DNA of 64,000 nucleotides. Origin: Lama guanicoe. Its lineage: Eukaryota. The translations under genes and the position numbers were made by a program. Shown here in pieces: positions 13,145-24,809 of this stretch. The notes under the pieces were generated by a model. That model saw only the letters and a list, made by a program, of their open reading frames with translations, was not told the DNA's origin and did no database searches. The stretch is taken from positions 1,366,001 to 1,430,000 of the forward strand of contig MU054391.1 in NCBI GenBank assembly GCA_013239625.1. Reading direction: 5' to 3'. Numbering within the stretch: position 1 is the stretch's first letter; each line of letters starts with the position of its first letter.

Positions 13145-13332
13145 CGCTATGGTCAGAAGGCCTGCGTCCCCAGACTCACAGGTGGAAACCTGCCCCCCAA
13201 CACGACGGTGTCAGGAGGCTGGGGCTCACGTGGGATTTGTGCCCTCATCGGAGGGGTCCCGGAGCGCACCCTGCCCTCTACCAGCTGCCTCCGAGCTGCA
13301 GTCTGTCTGCTGCGGCCCTGCCTGGCCTAAGC
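13145..13332 (+). mobile_element. Degraded, internally deleted MaLR LTR (MLT1A-like)
   Basis: CGCTATGGTCAGAAGG...TCCCCAGACTCACAGGTGGAAACCT...GGGATTTGTGCCCTCAT parallels the MLT1 5' end. Confidence 0.55.
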
Positions 13333-14083
13333 CCCGTCACCGGGGAGGGAGCACCCCCTCCACGATCTTGGGAGGGGGCCACAGCGGCTCCAGATGGGGG
13401 GGGTGCCCAGCCTGATTAGATTGGCCCGGACACTTTCCTCATCAAACGACTGACCCTTGACAGGGGAGAGGCTGATTTATTATCCTGCCGGCCCGCTGAC
13501 AACACCCACGGCAGCTCGGCTCCGTCTGGTCGTTTTTCAAGCTCCCTGCACAAGAGGGGCACCTCTGTCCCCTAACACGTTACCACGGGCCCTGCCGAAT
13601 GCCGAGCGCACCCCATCCAGAGGATTTTCCGAGGCTCATATGGGAATCTCACCCGGGGAGCAGCCAAAACGCCAGCTACACACCCGGAGGGAGGCACACG
13701 TTGCTCCACTGAGCAGGCGGCGGGGGCGCCGGGCGGGCCTGGAGGGCACCTGCTCCCCAACTCCTCAAGGGGGCACCAGCCAGGTCACCTGCTCCCCGAC
13801 TCCCTGTCTGCTGAGGAAGTGCCCGGAAGTCACCTCAGACACCCCCACAACCATTAAACGTTTCAGCCAGCTCCATCTCACAGGTTTTACAGTAACCATC
13901 TAGGCGTGCAAATGTTCCTAATCCCGAATTTACGTCCCTGCAGGGGGAGCTGGGGGCAGGTTCACCTGAAACCTGCAAGAGCGAGAAACTGGTGGCATAG
14001 ATGAGACTGTAGGAGACGAACATCACCTCCTCGAGACCATGGTGCCACCTGCTCACAGGCACCTAGGAGCCAGGAATTTCCAG

Positions 14084-14612
14084 TGTGAATAAAAAACCTT
14101 GCCAGCTGTATCAGTAAACGCAGGCTGCTGCAGCCATCAAGTCAGCAGCCGCTACCGCCTCCGTCATTCTTACCCCCTCCATCCCGCTCCCTGACAGTGA
14201 GCGAGGGAACCTGGATGCAGACCGCAGGCAGCCCGGCCTCTGCAGCCACCCCAGTGGTGCCCCTGAGGGGACTCAGGCTGGGAAGCTCAGGAACTGGCCC
14301 CGGGCAGCGCAGGAGCAGATCAGAGGAGTGACGGCAGCGAGCCCAGACCTTTGCACCTTCCCACACGTAGAAAGGCACTGAATTCCTTAACGTGAGATGC
14401 CTGGTTTGCTTCCATTAACAGTCATCTTTTGATGTTCCGACTACCTGGTGTTTGTGACAAAAACTCCTGTACACCCTGGCCGCTACCTTGCCACTTCGGA
14501 CCCGTCCCTCAGAGCGACCTGAGAGGCTGCGTCCTGGGCCGGGGCCCTCAGGAAGCCACAGAATAAAGCATAGCTCTCGGCGTTCAGGTTGCGCTTTGGA
14601 GTTCAGTCAGCA
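14084..14612 (+). mobile_element. ERV1-type solo LTR (MER34/MER39-like cetartiodactyl family)
   Basis: TG...CA termini. AATAAA at 14562-14567, ~45 nt from the 3' end. Internal ATCAGTAAAC...GCAGCCATCAAG and CCCTCAGAGC...TGAGAGGCTG motifs. Confidence 0.75.
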
Positions 14613-14879
14613 CAGGTGAGCCACCAGGTGCCGTGGAGTCACTCTGTCCACGTTTGAAACCAGGGCGGAAAGGACTTGCCTTTGCTGACTGGGCCAGGCG
14701 GTCCCACGTCGGCTCGGGCTCCTGGGTGTTAGGGTAACTGCGTTCCAGTCGCTGATCGCAGCCAGAGCCTGGGCACCAGGATGCGAGACGTCAGGACTGA
14801 GGAGCGACTGTGCCCCTTGGGAGCCCGGCTCATTAGCTCCGACCTCTCACCTCCTGAGCCTCGAGTGCCTGCCCGTCCA

Positions 14880-16080
14880 ACGGGGGCTGCAGAAAGCTCA
14901 CTAGGCCAGAGAGGATTCTCGAGCCGTGGACGGCACAGAGCCTGGCAAGGTGCAGCCCGGCGCAGACGCAGGCAGGGCCGTGGAGGCGGCGCCCCCGCGG
15001 CCGAGGCCGGGCCCCCGGCTTGCAGTGCCTGTGTCCCCTCGGAACAGAGGCTCCCGCTTTTGCAGGAGTCTGAGCTCCTGCGAGGCGCGGCTGTGACCAC
15101 AGACGTGGAGGGGCGTGGGGTCCTGCCGCTATGTCCCCAGGCAGGCGGGCAGGCGAAGTGGCCTCTTTCCCGTTATCCCTGAATCAGCTGGAGGCCCGCA
15201 ACCACCCACAAGGCCAAAGGGAGCAGCGCTGAGGGCGAGCGTCTAACCGGCCCGCAGGGAGGCGCTAGGGAGGGAGGAGCCCGACCAGGGGCGGGGTCAG
15301 GGGCGCTTCCAAGTCTCGCGAGGCGTTGCGAACAGGCACCGACGCGCCCCGCTTCGGGAAGAGAGTGGCAGAGACAGACAGAGGAAGAGCGTTCCAGGAG
15401 GACCCTGAGAGCTCCTTTATAATTTGCGTAGAACATTCTGGAACAGAAATACTGCGCTCCCAAGAGGCGGTCTGAGCTATTTCCTCTGTGCAGGGGCCTG
15501 CGAGGACCTCAGCTGGGGAACCTGATCACCAAACTGGAAAGATGAAGAGACCGACGTCAGGGGCTCTGTTACCCGCCACACACACGCGCGCTCTCCCGGG
15601 AGGGGAGGCCCGCCCCGGCCAGCTCGGCCCACGCTCTCAGCCGCCCTGCGGCCGCTAGCCTGCCCTCCTTAATCGTGGCCAGGCGGTCAAGGAACAGCAG
15701 ACCTCGGAGGGACGCTTCACCTGGGAAGCCAGCCACCAGAACCACCACGCAGGAACGAAGCAGTTTGCAGGAACAGACCGCGTGGGAAGGAGGAAACCTA
15801 CGCGCGACACTGTCATTACGTCTCCATCTATTGTCACCGAGGCGCGAGAGAAAACTCCACGTCTGCACGGCCAGCTCGGGGCGCTCAGGAAGAAGCGATG
15901 CAGGGGGCAGAAAGCACTTAAATCATTAGCAGGCAAAACTGCGAGAGCAGCCTGCGAGCTTCCGCTGGAAACAGCAAGGCCGGGTAAAGCACCGCTCTCC
16001 CCCTTACGGCAATAAAAACAGGCGTGTAAGCTGCAAAGTGCCTCTACTTGCATCCCGTGGGGCTCAAGTCAGCGTGAGAC
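14880..16080. promoter_or_regulatory. CpG-rich promoter/enhancer-like block
   Basis: Dense CpG, GC boxes (GGGGCGGGG near 15288; CCCGCCCC near 15609), CRE-like GACGTCA near 15553, CAATAAAA near 16010. No obvious repeat origin. Confidence 0.4.
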
Positions 16081-16369
16081 CAGCAAACCCCAAGGACACA
16101 GCCTCACGGAGGGCTGGGACACCGTCTTTTTTTTTTTTTTAAGGCAGACGCCGTGAAAGTCATTAAGAAGAATCCAGCTGAATTTTGAACAAATTGCTGC
16201 AGGACACGTGTAGGCGAGCTTGAGGGTGGAACCCTGGAAGCCAAAACCAAGAGGGGACTCTGCGCCAGCTCACAGGCTCTGCCCGTCCGCCACAGGCAGA
16301 GGCGTAGTTTGAGAGACAAACAAGCAGGAATCATGTGAAATACAGGACCAAAGAGATAGGCACTGCCTT

Positions 16370-16520
16370 AAAGTCGGTAAAAACATTCACGTTTAGGCGC
16401 ACGGCCTGCCCCTAACTCGCTGCGTGATCTTAGACGAGCCATTTCCCTCGTAGAGACTGAGATCCTCGCCTGCAGTGTAAGATGCCGGGCTAGGTTTGTA
16501 TCTTCCATCCCGCTTCTCAG
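16370..16520 (+). mobile_element. MIR SINE relic
   Basis: CTGCCCCTAACTCGCTGCGTGATCTTAGACGAGCCATTTCCCTC parallels the MIR core. Confidence 0.55.
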
Positions 16521-16789
16521 GGCAGCCGGGGGAGGAGGGGTGTGGGACTCCCAGCCAAGTCCAGGCTGGTTAGCTTAGTGTTACAGCTCTTTTATAGAGT
16601 TCCACGTCCAGTACTCCTGCTAAAATGATAATTAAAACACAGGCCAGATGGTCCCAAGGACCTTACAAAGCTCAGAGTTTAAGGACTGACTATTCGGCCA
16701 GTCTGGGCACCCCTGTCCCCACCCCTTAGAGGCAGGCACCTGAGATAGAAAACCAGAGAATGGGGCGAGGGGTTCCCCAGCTAGTACCA

Positions 16790-17620
16790 GGAGCCACCAC
16801 CATCCCATCTATGTCATTGCTGTAACCTGGCCCTTGGCACATTGTAGCTACCCCATAAATGCCTGATGGAGAAAGATAAGGAATGTCCTAAAATATGGTC
16901 ATTCATTCATTCAGCAAACTGCCCCTGAACCTGTGATGTTCCCGGCAGGATGCCAGGTGTGAGAGTTAAGGAAAGATGCAATTCTTGCCCAGATGGAGTC
17001 CAATAAAAAGGGTTCTCAGGACACAGTGCGAGGAGTTAAGGGAAGAGCATGAGGCTGCAGAAGGCAGGGGGTGACTCTGAGCCAGGGGGCAGGGGGGGCG
17101 GGGGGTTGTCAAGGAGGCACCGGGGACAGTGAGCTCTTCTCCAGGAGCAAATGCGGAGGGAGAGGACCTGGGGGCAGGGGGGACGGGGGGTTGTCAAGGA
17201 GGCACCGGGGACAGTGAGCTCTTCTCCAGGAGCAAATGCGGAGGGAGAGGTGGGGGGAGCAAACAGAGGAGGAAGGATGTGCACCAACCAGGTGCAGAGG
17301 GAGCCCAGGCTTTGGAAAAGCCATAAACAGTTCAGTGTGGCCGGGGAGGTGGGCTGAGCGCACCCACGGGTGCCCTGGAAGTGGCCGGGGTGGGGACTGC
17401 CCCCTGCAGGCATTGGAGCCTCAGGAAGTTCAAACGGCACAGAAATGTGCTAAATTAGCTGCTTCTTAAAGCTCGCTGTTGTTTCACGGGATCGTTTCGA
17501 TTAGAGATCGGATCGGAGTCTGGGTGATCCCGGGAAGAGAGGACGGTGGCCCCAGATGCAATGATGGCTGCGGAGATGGAGAAAAACGGGTGGATTCAAG
17601 AGATATTAGGAAAAAAGCAA
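16790..17620. mobile_element. L2 fragments (short + strand 3' end followed by - strand pieces), interrupted by a tandem duplication
   Basis: CTTGGCACATTGTAG...ATAAATG, CATTCATTCATTCAGCAAAC and GGAGATGGAGAAAAACGGGTGGATTCAAGAGATATTAGG are typical L2 motifs. Confidence 0.6.
17085..17250. repeat. G-rich tandem duplication, 85-bp period, 2 copies
   Basis: TTGTCAAGGAGGCACCGGGGACAGTGAGCTCTTCTCCAGGAGCAAATGCGGAGGGAGAGG starts at 17106 and at 17191. Confidence 0.95.
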
Positions 17621-20479
17621 TTTAGTAATTAATCATTTATCTGGAGATAAAATTTTCTGGTTTTAAGACCATGCCGTGTGTCTGAGAAGCTGACTGTCAC
17701 CAGCTATTCTCCTGCTAAACCCAGATCAGCATCTCTGTAAGTCAGAATGCACTTCCATTCGTCACCACCAGGCCAACAAAGGAAGCCATCGGCACCTGAC
17801 CTCTGCCTTGTGAGGCTGCTTCCCTCTCTGGGGCAGAAGATCTGTCCTCACTCAGCTGACTGAAGGCCTGGGCCGTGTGCTACACGTGAAGATAAACAGG
17901 AATGACAGGTGTGTGCCCCGCCCGTGGACCCAGGTGCACACACATCATACTTTGTGTAACTGAGGGAAAAACACAAGGAATTGTACTGCTTCTTAACACC
18001 GTCCAAAGACCCTTGCTGACCTCAGCCCCGCGTTAGAGTAACGCAAATAGTGAGAAACATGAAATAGAAGTGTGCTTCAATCCGGTAGAAAGAGGGAAGC
18101 TCTGAGTCAGAACTAAAATCCCAGTTGTGCGACTTCCTCAGGGGCTCGCTCTGTGCAGCGGGCACCGCGCAGCTCACGGCGGTGCTGGGAAGCGGGTTCA
18201 CCAGCCCGGCCGCACGAGGCCCCGCGGGCAGAGGCAGGGCTCCCAGGCCTCCGCGCTCCGCGCTGAGCCGGGCGGGGCCCCGGCGGCACGGCGCACTGCG
18301 GCCTCAGACAGGCCTCCCGTCTGCAGGGGAAAGTGGACGCATGCGGCCCTGGGTCGGCTCCGAACTCCGCCCGTCAACCACCGCTGTCCCACGGAAGCCG
18401 GCCAGAGCACGGCCGGGCGAAACTGGACCCCCGAGCCCCGCGGGCTCTCTCGGAGCCGATGCTCCAGCTGGGGCATCACCCGCTGCCCTGCTGCCTCCGC
18501 AGGGCACGTAAGCCGACTGCACTTCAGTGAAAAACAAAGGAGCAGAGACTGGTCCCCAGGGCAGGACGCGCGGGGACACGTAGGGCCTTTGCACAGAACC
18601 GGGTGAAACGGGGACGGGGACAAGCTCAGCATTCGTCACTGCACGGCCCGTGTCCGCATTTTCAATCTCAGCTAACTTTCCACGTAAAATCCCGAGAGGC
18701 GCCCTCAGGCGCCTCCCGAGTGTAAACTTGCGCATCTCCCGTGCCCTCCACAAGAGGTGAGGGGGCAGGGGGCCGTGGGGGATCCACTCTCTCCAGCTGG
18801 ACCCTCATCCCGGGCCCCCGGGCCGGTACCTCGTGAGCCCCACGCATAGCGGTTTTCCTCCCACATCCCTGGTGTCACATGATTAAATCGGATGTCAGCG
18901 TGGGGGCTGGGGGCGCTGTGCTCGTCTGTGACAGCCAGCGCCACAACCTCTTCTTTAACAAAAAAAGCAGCGCACGTCCCCGTTCCGGAATACGAGGAGT
19001 ACTTACAGTTTACGAAAACCTGGAGATTGGGGGTTGTGCACGGGGGCTGCCTGCGGCTTCAGGGAAGCGCCTCACTTCTCCCAAACCCCATTCCCGCCTT
19101 CTCCCTGGGACGAGGCGTCCAGAGGAACCACCTTCATGATCACACGTCTCTTCCCCACCAGCCCGCTACCCTCCCCATCCTGAATCCCCTGCACTGGGGA
19201 CCCCGACACGCCGGCCCTCCAGCCCATTCCTGCTCCACAGATGTTTGTGCAGACCGGCTCTCACCAGCCTTTATCAAGACACTAGCATGAATTTCCCATT
19301 TGCTTTGTCCCTTCTCACAGACGTCCAGCCCGGCCAAGCCCCGGAACCTCTGCCCTGGGTCTGCACGTGGTAATCACCCATCACCACGGGGCCCTGCAGA
19401 CCTGCCCTCATGTCACTGCAACCTCACCCTGCGCCGGGCCCATAATTGCATCATCGCAGGGTCTCCACGGCTGGTGATCCTTCTGCCACCACTGCTGCTC
19501 TGCTAGAAATTGCTGCCTCCCACTCCTTGGCATCCAGGCCTGGGCTGACCCTGTTGGTTGGTAGGGATAATGAACACTGTCTGGGCTGCATTCAGAAGAG
19601 GCTGCAGATCCATTAGAATTCAAGGCAGCAGTTCTCCCAGCATAAACCTCCACGCCCCTTCTCTTTCTAAACCATCTCTCCCTGCAACGCTCGCACCACC
19701 CAGACTGGAAAAGCAGTTCCTGAAGCCAGATGGATAGAAGAAGGGTCAGTACATGAGAATCTACTGCAGGTGGAACGGTGATGCTAAAAAGAAAGGGGGC
19801 AGGGAGGACATACCCTGCTAAGGGCTGACCATGTGCCGGGCTGCTCCCGGCGGCGCCCGGCTTCACTGTCAGAACAAACATCACTTCACACACCGGAAAA
19901 CCAAGACTGAGAATTCGAGCAAACTTCAGTACAGAATGTGGGCGGGTAGGCAGGCACTCTCATCTCATTTCACACGAGCCCCTGAGCCCACCTGCCTCCA
20001 CGGCACCTGTTCGGTGACAGTGTCCTCACCAAGGCTGGACTTGACCCTCAGACCAAGTGCACAGGAGCCACCGAGGTGCAGCTGAGGAGCTTCCCAGAGG
20101 CACAGACAATGCAGGGAGGCTGTGCATGACATTTACTACCCAAGGGCAAGTGGCTCAGGGCTCCCACCCTGGACTGACACTACACCTTCTTCACTGTTTT
20201 TCCTAGTGGTGGCCTTAAACTGCAACTTTTCAGTCATTTAAAATAATTTGCATTTCCAATCTATTTGTAAACTTATCAAACTATGAACACGTCTCAACCC
20301 TGAATCACGCAGGTGCTTTACATTAACCACAGCGTGTTTCTCTCAGTCCTACCTGATCTCATTGGCTAATGCCCTGGCAGGATCTGACCGTGGACATCAC
20401 TTGGAGCACGCCTGCTTGCACGCTGCGGCTGCCCAGCCAGGCTCACTGCTAGCCGAGACCTAGCAGCTGGCATCCGGAG

Positions 20480-21250
20480 AGCCCTCCCGTGGAGTTCAAC
20501 CTCAAAAGCTGTATAATTACTTTTAAAAGCATTGGAAGAACCAGAGATCAATAAGGCAACCGGAATGTAAAGGGGCCAAGACTCTAGAGAGGAGAAAAGC
20601 AAATTAATCTGGACTTCCTCCACCCATGTCTCCTCCACGGCCATTTCCCAGTCTGCACCCTGAGACGTAAAGGCTAAAGAGAAAACAAGACCGGGAACTG
20701 ATGGAAGGGTTACTGAGCTGGGGAGATAAAATGCGGCATTCAGGACTACCAGCCAGATCTGGAAGACCAGAGAGCACAGAAATAAGGGAAACGCAGAGAA
20801 GTCAGTACAATTCTCAGCATGCAATTCCCTCCTGAAGCATTTCACTGACTCTTAAAGTGAGCACGCGCAGATCAGTTAGCCAAGAAATGAAACAGGAAGC
20901 ATTTGCTAAAATGCTAAAAAATTATGTAGAAATCTCCGAAATCTCACAGAGCTGAGGAGACAAAATTTAGAGTGTAGCTCCCACGAAGGTGGAGGCAGTG
21001 TATGATGGATGTTCCAGGCTTTCAACTGAGACACAAAAAAACCTGCTCTTGAAATAAAATCCACAAGACACTGTGAAGATACCTAATGCATGGGTCTTGG
21101 ACACCCAGAGAGGCAGGAGAGGAAAGATGCCGTGGAAGCAGTATTTGAAGGCGTACTAGCCAAAATGGTTTTCCAAAACAGGTGAAAGGTACTGATCTAT
21201 GGATTCAAAAAGATGCATGAAATCTCTGAAAGATCAAAAAACAAGCAAAC
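20480..21250 (+). mobile_element. Ancient LINE-1 5'/ORF1 remnant (host of the nested cluster)
   Basis: GAAGCAGTATTTGAAG...TTTTCCAAAAC...GATCTATGGATTCAAAAAG resembles the L1 ORF1 region. It appears to resume after 24190 and 24800. Confidence 0.6.
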
Positions 21251-21261
21251 AGAGGAATTCT

Positions 21262-21400
21262 TTTTTTTCTTTTTGGAGGGGGGAGGGTAATTAGGTTTAT
21301 TTATTTAGTTAGTTAGTTTTAGAGGAGGTACTGGGGATTGAACCCAGGACCTCCTGCATGTGAAGCATGGGCTGTACCACTTGAGCTACACCCTCCCCCC
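21262..21400 (-). mobile_element. tRNA-Ala-derived SINE (camelid Vic-1 type)
   Basis: Minus strand reads GGGGGGAGGGTGTAGCTCAAGTGG...GGGTTCAATCCCCAGTACCTCC plus an A-rich tail, with A and B boxes. Perfect 19-bp TSD AAGCAAACAGAGGAATTCT (21243-21261 and 21401-21419). Confidence 0.95.
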
Positions 21401-21526
21401 AAGCAAACAGAGGAATTCTATAAAACACTTAAAGAAGATTTAACCCCTATTCTTCTCAAACTAGCCCCCAAAAGTTGAAGAAGAAGGGACCCTTTTGGAC
21501 TCATTGTACAAAGCCAGCATCACCCT

Positions 21527-21527
<1 letters not shown>

Positions 21528-21582
<55 letters not shown>
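21528..21582. repeat. (AC)n microsatellite, ~27 units, inside L1 ORF2
   Basis: Direct reading. Confidence 0.98.
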
Positions 21583-21584
<2 letters not shown>

Positions 21585-23611
21585 GGAAAATTACAGGCCA
21601 CTATCACTGACGAAGACAAATGCAAAAATCCTCAACAAAATATCAGCAAACCGAATTCGACAATACAGTAAAAGGATCACACACCATGATCAAGGGGGAT
21701 GTCCCCCAGGCATGCAAGGAAGGTTCGGTGCCTGCATATCAATTAGTGTGATGCTCTGTATTAGAAAATTGAAAAATAAAAATCATATGATAATGTCAAT
21801 AAAGGCATAGAAAGCTTTTGACAAAATTCAACGTCAATTTATGATAAAAACTCTCAACAAACCTTAACTTAATAAAGGCCATAAAAGACAAGCTCATAGG
21901 CAGCACCGCACTCGATGGTGAAAAGCTGAAAGCATTTCCTCTGAGATCAGGAACGAGACAAGGACGCCCACTTTCACTGCTTTTATTCCACACAGTGTTG
22001 GACGTCTTGGCCACGGCAGTCGGACAAGAAAAGGAAATGAAAGGGATCCAGGCTGGAAAGGAGGGAGTAAAGCTGTCACTGTCTGCAGATGACGTGATAC
22101 GATTCATAGAAAATCCTCAAGCTGCCACCGAAAAACCACTAGAGCTCCTCAGTGACTTGGTAAAGTTGCAGATACTGAAGTAATACACCGAGATCCACTG
22201 CTTTCCTATAGACAGACAACAGACTTTCAGAAAGAGAAATGAAGAAAACAATCCTATTTACAACTGCATCAAAAACAATGAAATGCCCAGGAATAGATCT
22301 AACTAAGGAAGCAAGAGACCTGCACCTGGGAAACTGTAAGACGGTGATGAAAGACATTGAAGGCAACACAAAGAAATGAAAAAACACCGTGTTCATAAAC
22401 TGCTAAAAGTCCTCTACTACCCAAGACAGCCTACAGAGTCAACACAATCCCTATCAAAATACCAACGGCATTTTTCAGAGTAGAACAAATAACTCTAAAA
22501 TTTGTATGGAAACACAAAAAAGCCCGAATAGCCAGAACAATCTTGAGAAAGAAGAGCAAAGCTTGGAGTATCATGCTCTCTGATGTCAAACTATACCACA
22601 AGGCTCCAGAAATCAAAACAGTGTGGCATTGGCACAAAAACAGACACACAGATCAATGGAACTGAACCCACGCTTGTATGGTTAACTGAGAAGAAAGGAG
22701 GCAAGAATGTACAGTGGGGAAAAGACAGCCTCTTCGATAAATGGTGTTGGGAAAACTGGACACCTCCATGGAAAAGAATCGAACTGGACCACACTCTCAC
22801 ATCCTATACAAAAATACACTCAGAGGGGATCAGTGACTTCAGTGTAAGACCTGAAGCCATAAAATTTCCAGAGGAAAACATAGGTGGCACGCTTTTTGAC
22901 ATTGGTCTTGGAAATTTGTTTTTGGATCTGTCTCCTCAGGCAAGGGAAAAAAGCAAAACTAAACAAATGAGCTCTTGCACAGTGAAGGAAACTATCAACA
23001 GAACAAAAAGGCCACCTCCTGGATGGGAGAAGATATGTGCTAGCAGTTGTCTGATAAGGGGCTGATATCCGAGATGTGCAAGGCACTCAGAACTCGCCAT
23101 TAAAAAAACCCTGATTTTAAAAGTGGGCAGAGGACCTGAATAGACATTTTTCCCAGCAAGACATACGGATGGCCAGCAGACACATAAAAAGTTGCCTGAC
23201 GTCACTAATCATCAGAAAAAAGCAAATCAAAGCCACAGTGAGATGTGACCTCACACCTGTCAGAATGGCTGGCGTCAAAAAGACAGCAAGCGACCAATGC
23301 TGGCGGGGATGTGGAGAGAAGGGAGCCCGTGGGCTCTGTTGGTGGGAACGTGACTTGCTGCAGCCACTGCAGAAAACAGCATGGAGGTTCCTCCAAAAAT
23401 TAAAAATAGAGCCACCATGTGATTCAGCAGCTCCACTTCCTGGTATTTTTCTGAAGAAAACAAAAACATGAATTTGAAAAGATATATGCACCCCTGTGTT
23501 CACTGCATCATTATTTATAATAGGTAAGATACGGAAGCAACCTAAGTGTTCACTGATAAATAAACGGATAAAGAAGATGTGGTGTACATATATATATACA
23601 CACATATATAT

Positions 23612-23810
23612 TTAGCATAATACCTTCTAGGTGCATCCATGTTGTCACAGATGACAAGATTTCCATTTTTTGGCTGAGAAATGTTTCATTGTATGTATAT
23701 ATATATGTATGTACACATACATACACATACAGTGAAGCACTACTGAGCCAGAAAAACGGAAATCTTGTCACCTGTGACTACATGGATGCACCTAGAAGGT
23801 ATTATGCCAA
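23612..23810. repeat. Inverted duplication (long imperfect palindrome) within the L1 3'UTR
   Basis: TTAGCATAATACCTTCTAGGTGCATCCATG... is the reverse complement of ...CATGGATGCACCTAGAAGGTATTATGCCAA. Centre lies in a TA/CA-rich microsatellite near 23712. Confidence 0.95.
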
Positions 23811-24206
23811 GTGAAACGAGGCAGACAGAGACACACACCACACGATCCCACTGATGCGTGGGATCTAAAACACAAAAGAACGTGACAACTGACTCAGAGA
23901 TACAGAGAGCAAACAGGTGTTGCCAGAAAGGGAAGGAGGTGGGGAGAATGGAACAGATGAAGGGGATTAAGACGATCAGGCCTCCAGCCACATAATAAAT
24001 AAATCATGAGGACGTAACAACAGCGTAAGGAAGATGGTCAGCAACACTGTGGTAACTCTGTAGGGACAGATGGTTGCTAGATGTGTGGCAAGCATTTCAT
24101 AATGTATGCAAATGTCGCATCACTATGTAGTACTCCTGAAACCAACATGATATTTTGCGTTAACTCTACTGAATTAAAAAAAAAAGCAAACAAAATAAAA
24201 AATACA

Positions 24207-24800
24207 CGTACTAGTTTTCCGTTGCTGAGTAACAAACTACCACAAACCTGGAAGCACAGAGGCTCTCGTGCTTATTATCTCGGAGTCCCATGGGGCACAA
24301 GTCCGGGCAGGGCCCCGCTGTCCCATGTTCGGTTCTCACACGGTGCCAGCCAAGGCTCTGCTTCTCATCTGGAAGTGGGGTCCCTGTCGGAGCTTTTGTA
24401 GGTTGTGGCTGGAGCTCAGTCCCCTGCGGTTACATGACGGAGCTTGTTTCCTTTGTCACCGCTGGCTGGAGACCACTCTAAGCCACAGGCCACCTGTGTG
24501 CAGAGACAGCTCACAGCGTGGCTGTGTGTGTTCCTCCTCCAAGGTCAGCTGGGAAAACCCGGCTTTTAAAGAGACGACCTGATTAGGGCAAACCAAAGCA
24601 AGAATCTCCCTCTTGAGTAACTCAGTGTAAACTAATCTGGGGCCCTGATTAAACCTGCAAAACCCTTTTATATATAACATAACAGAATTCCAGAGGCGGT
24701 CCCATCACACGTGTGCGTTCCCACTCACACTGAGGAAGAGGGGGTCACAGATGAGTGAGGACATTCGGGGAGGCATCTGAGACCCCGCCCACCACCACTG
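24207..24800 (-). mobile_element. MaLR LTR (MLT1D-F-like)
   Basis: CGTACTAGTTTTCCGTTGCTGAGTAACAAACTACCACAAAC at one end and GGGGAGGCATCTGAG...CCCACCAC at the other. Confidence 0.8.
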
Positions 24801-24809
24801 CCCACACCG

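Larger units (their letters stand above)
21410..24184 (+). mobile_element. 5'-truncated LINE-1 (ORF2 RT, C-terminal domain, 3'UTR, poly-A), non-functional
   Basis: ORF 21995..22183 [20 protein letters not shown] (RT FADD motif changed to SADD). ORF 22583..23065 WGKDSLFDKWCWENW. ORF 23169..23471 CWRGCGEKG...CWWE. Many frameshifts. Probable TSD AAGCAAACA (21401-21409 and 24184-24192). Confidence 0.95.

Noticed and set aside
12709..13419. 236-aa ORF
   Set aside because: Pro/Gly/Ser-rich, runs through an MLT1 relic, and is expected by chance in stop-poor GC-rich DNA.
19001..19022. 13-nt minus-strand microexon (ctccag|GTTTTCGTAAACT|gtaagt)
   Set aside because: Poor pyrimidine tract, weak exonic donor bases and a frame-shifting length; compatible with chance.
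21410..24184. Active reverse transcriptase gene
   Set aside because: 5'-truncated L1 ORF2 with frameshifts, stops, an (AC)n expansion and a FADD-to-SADD change.
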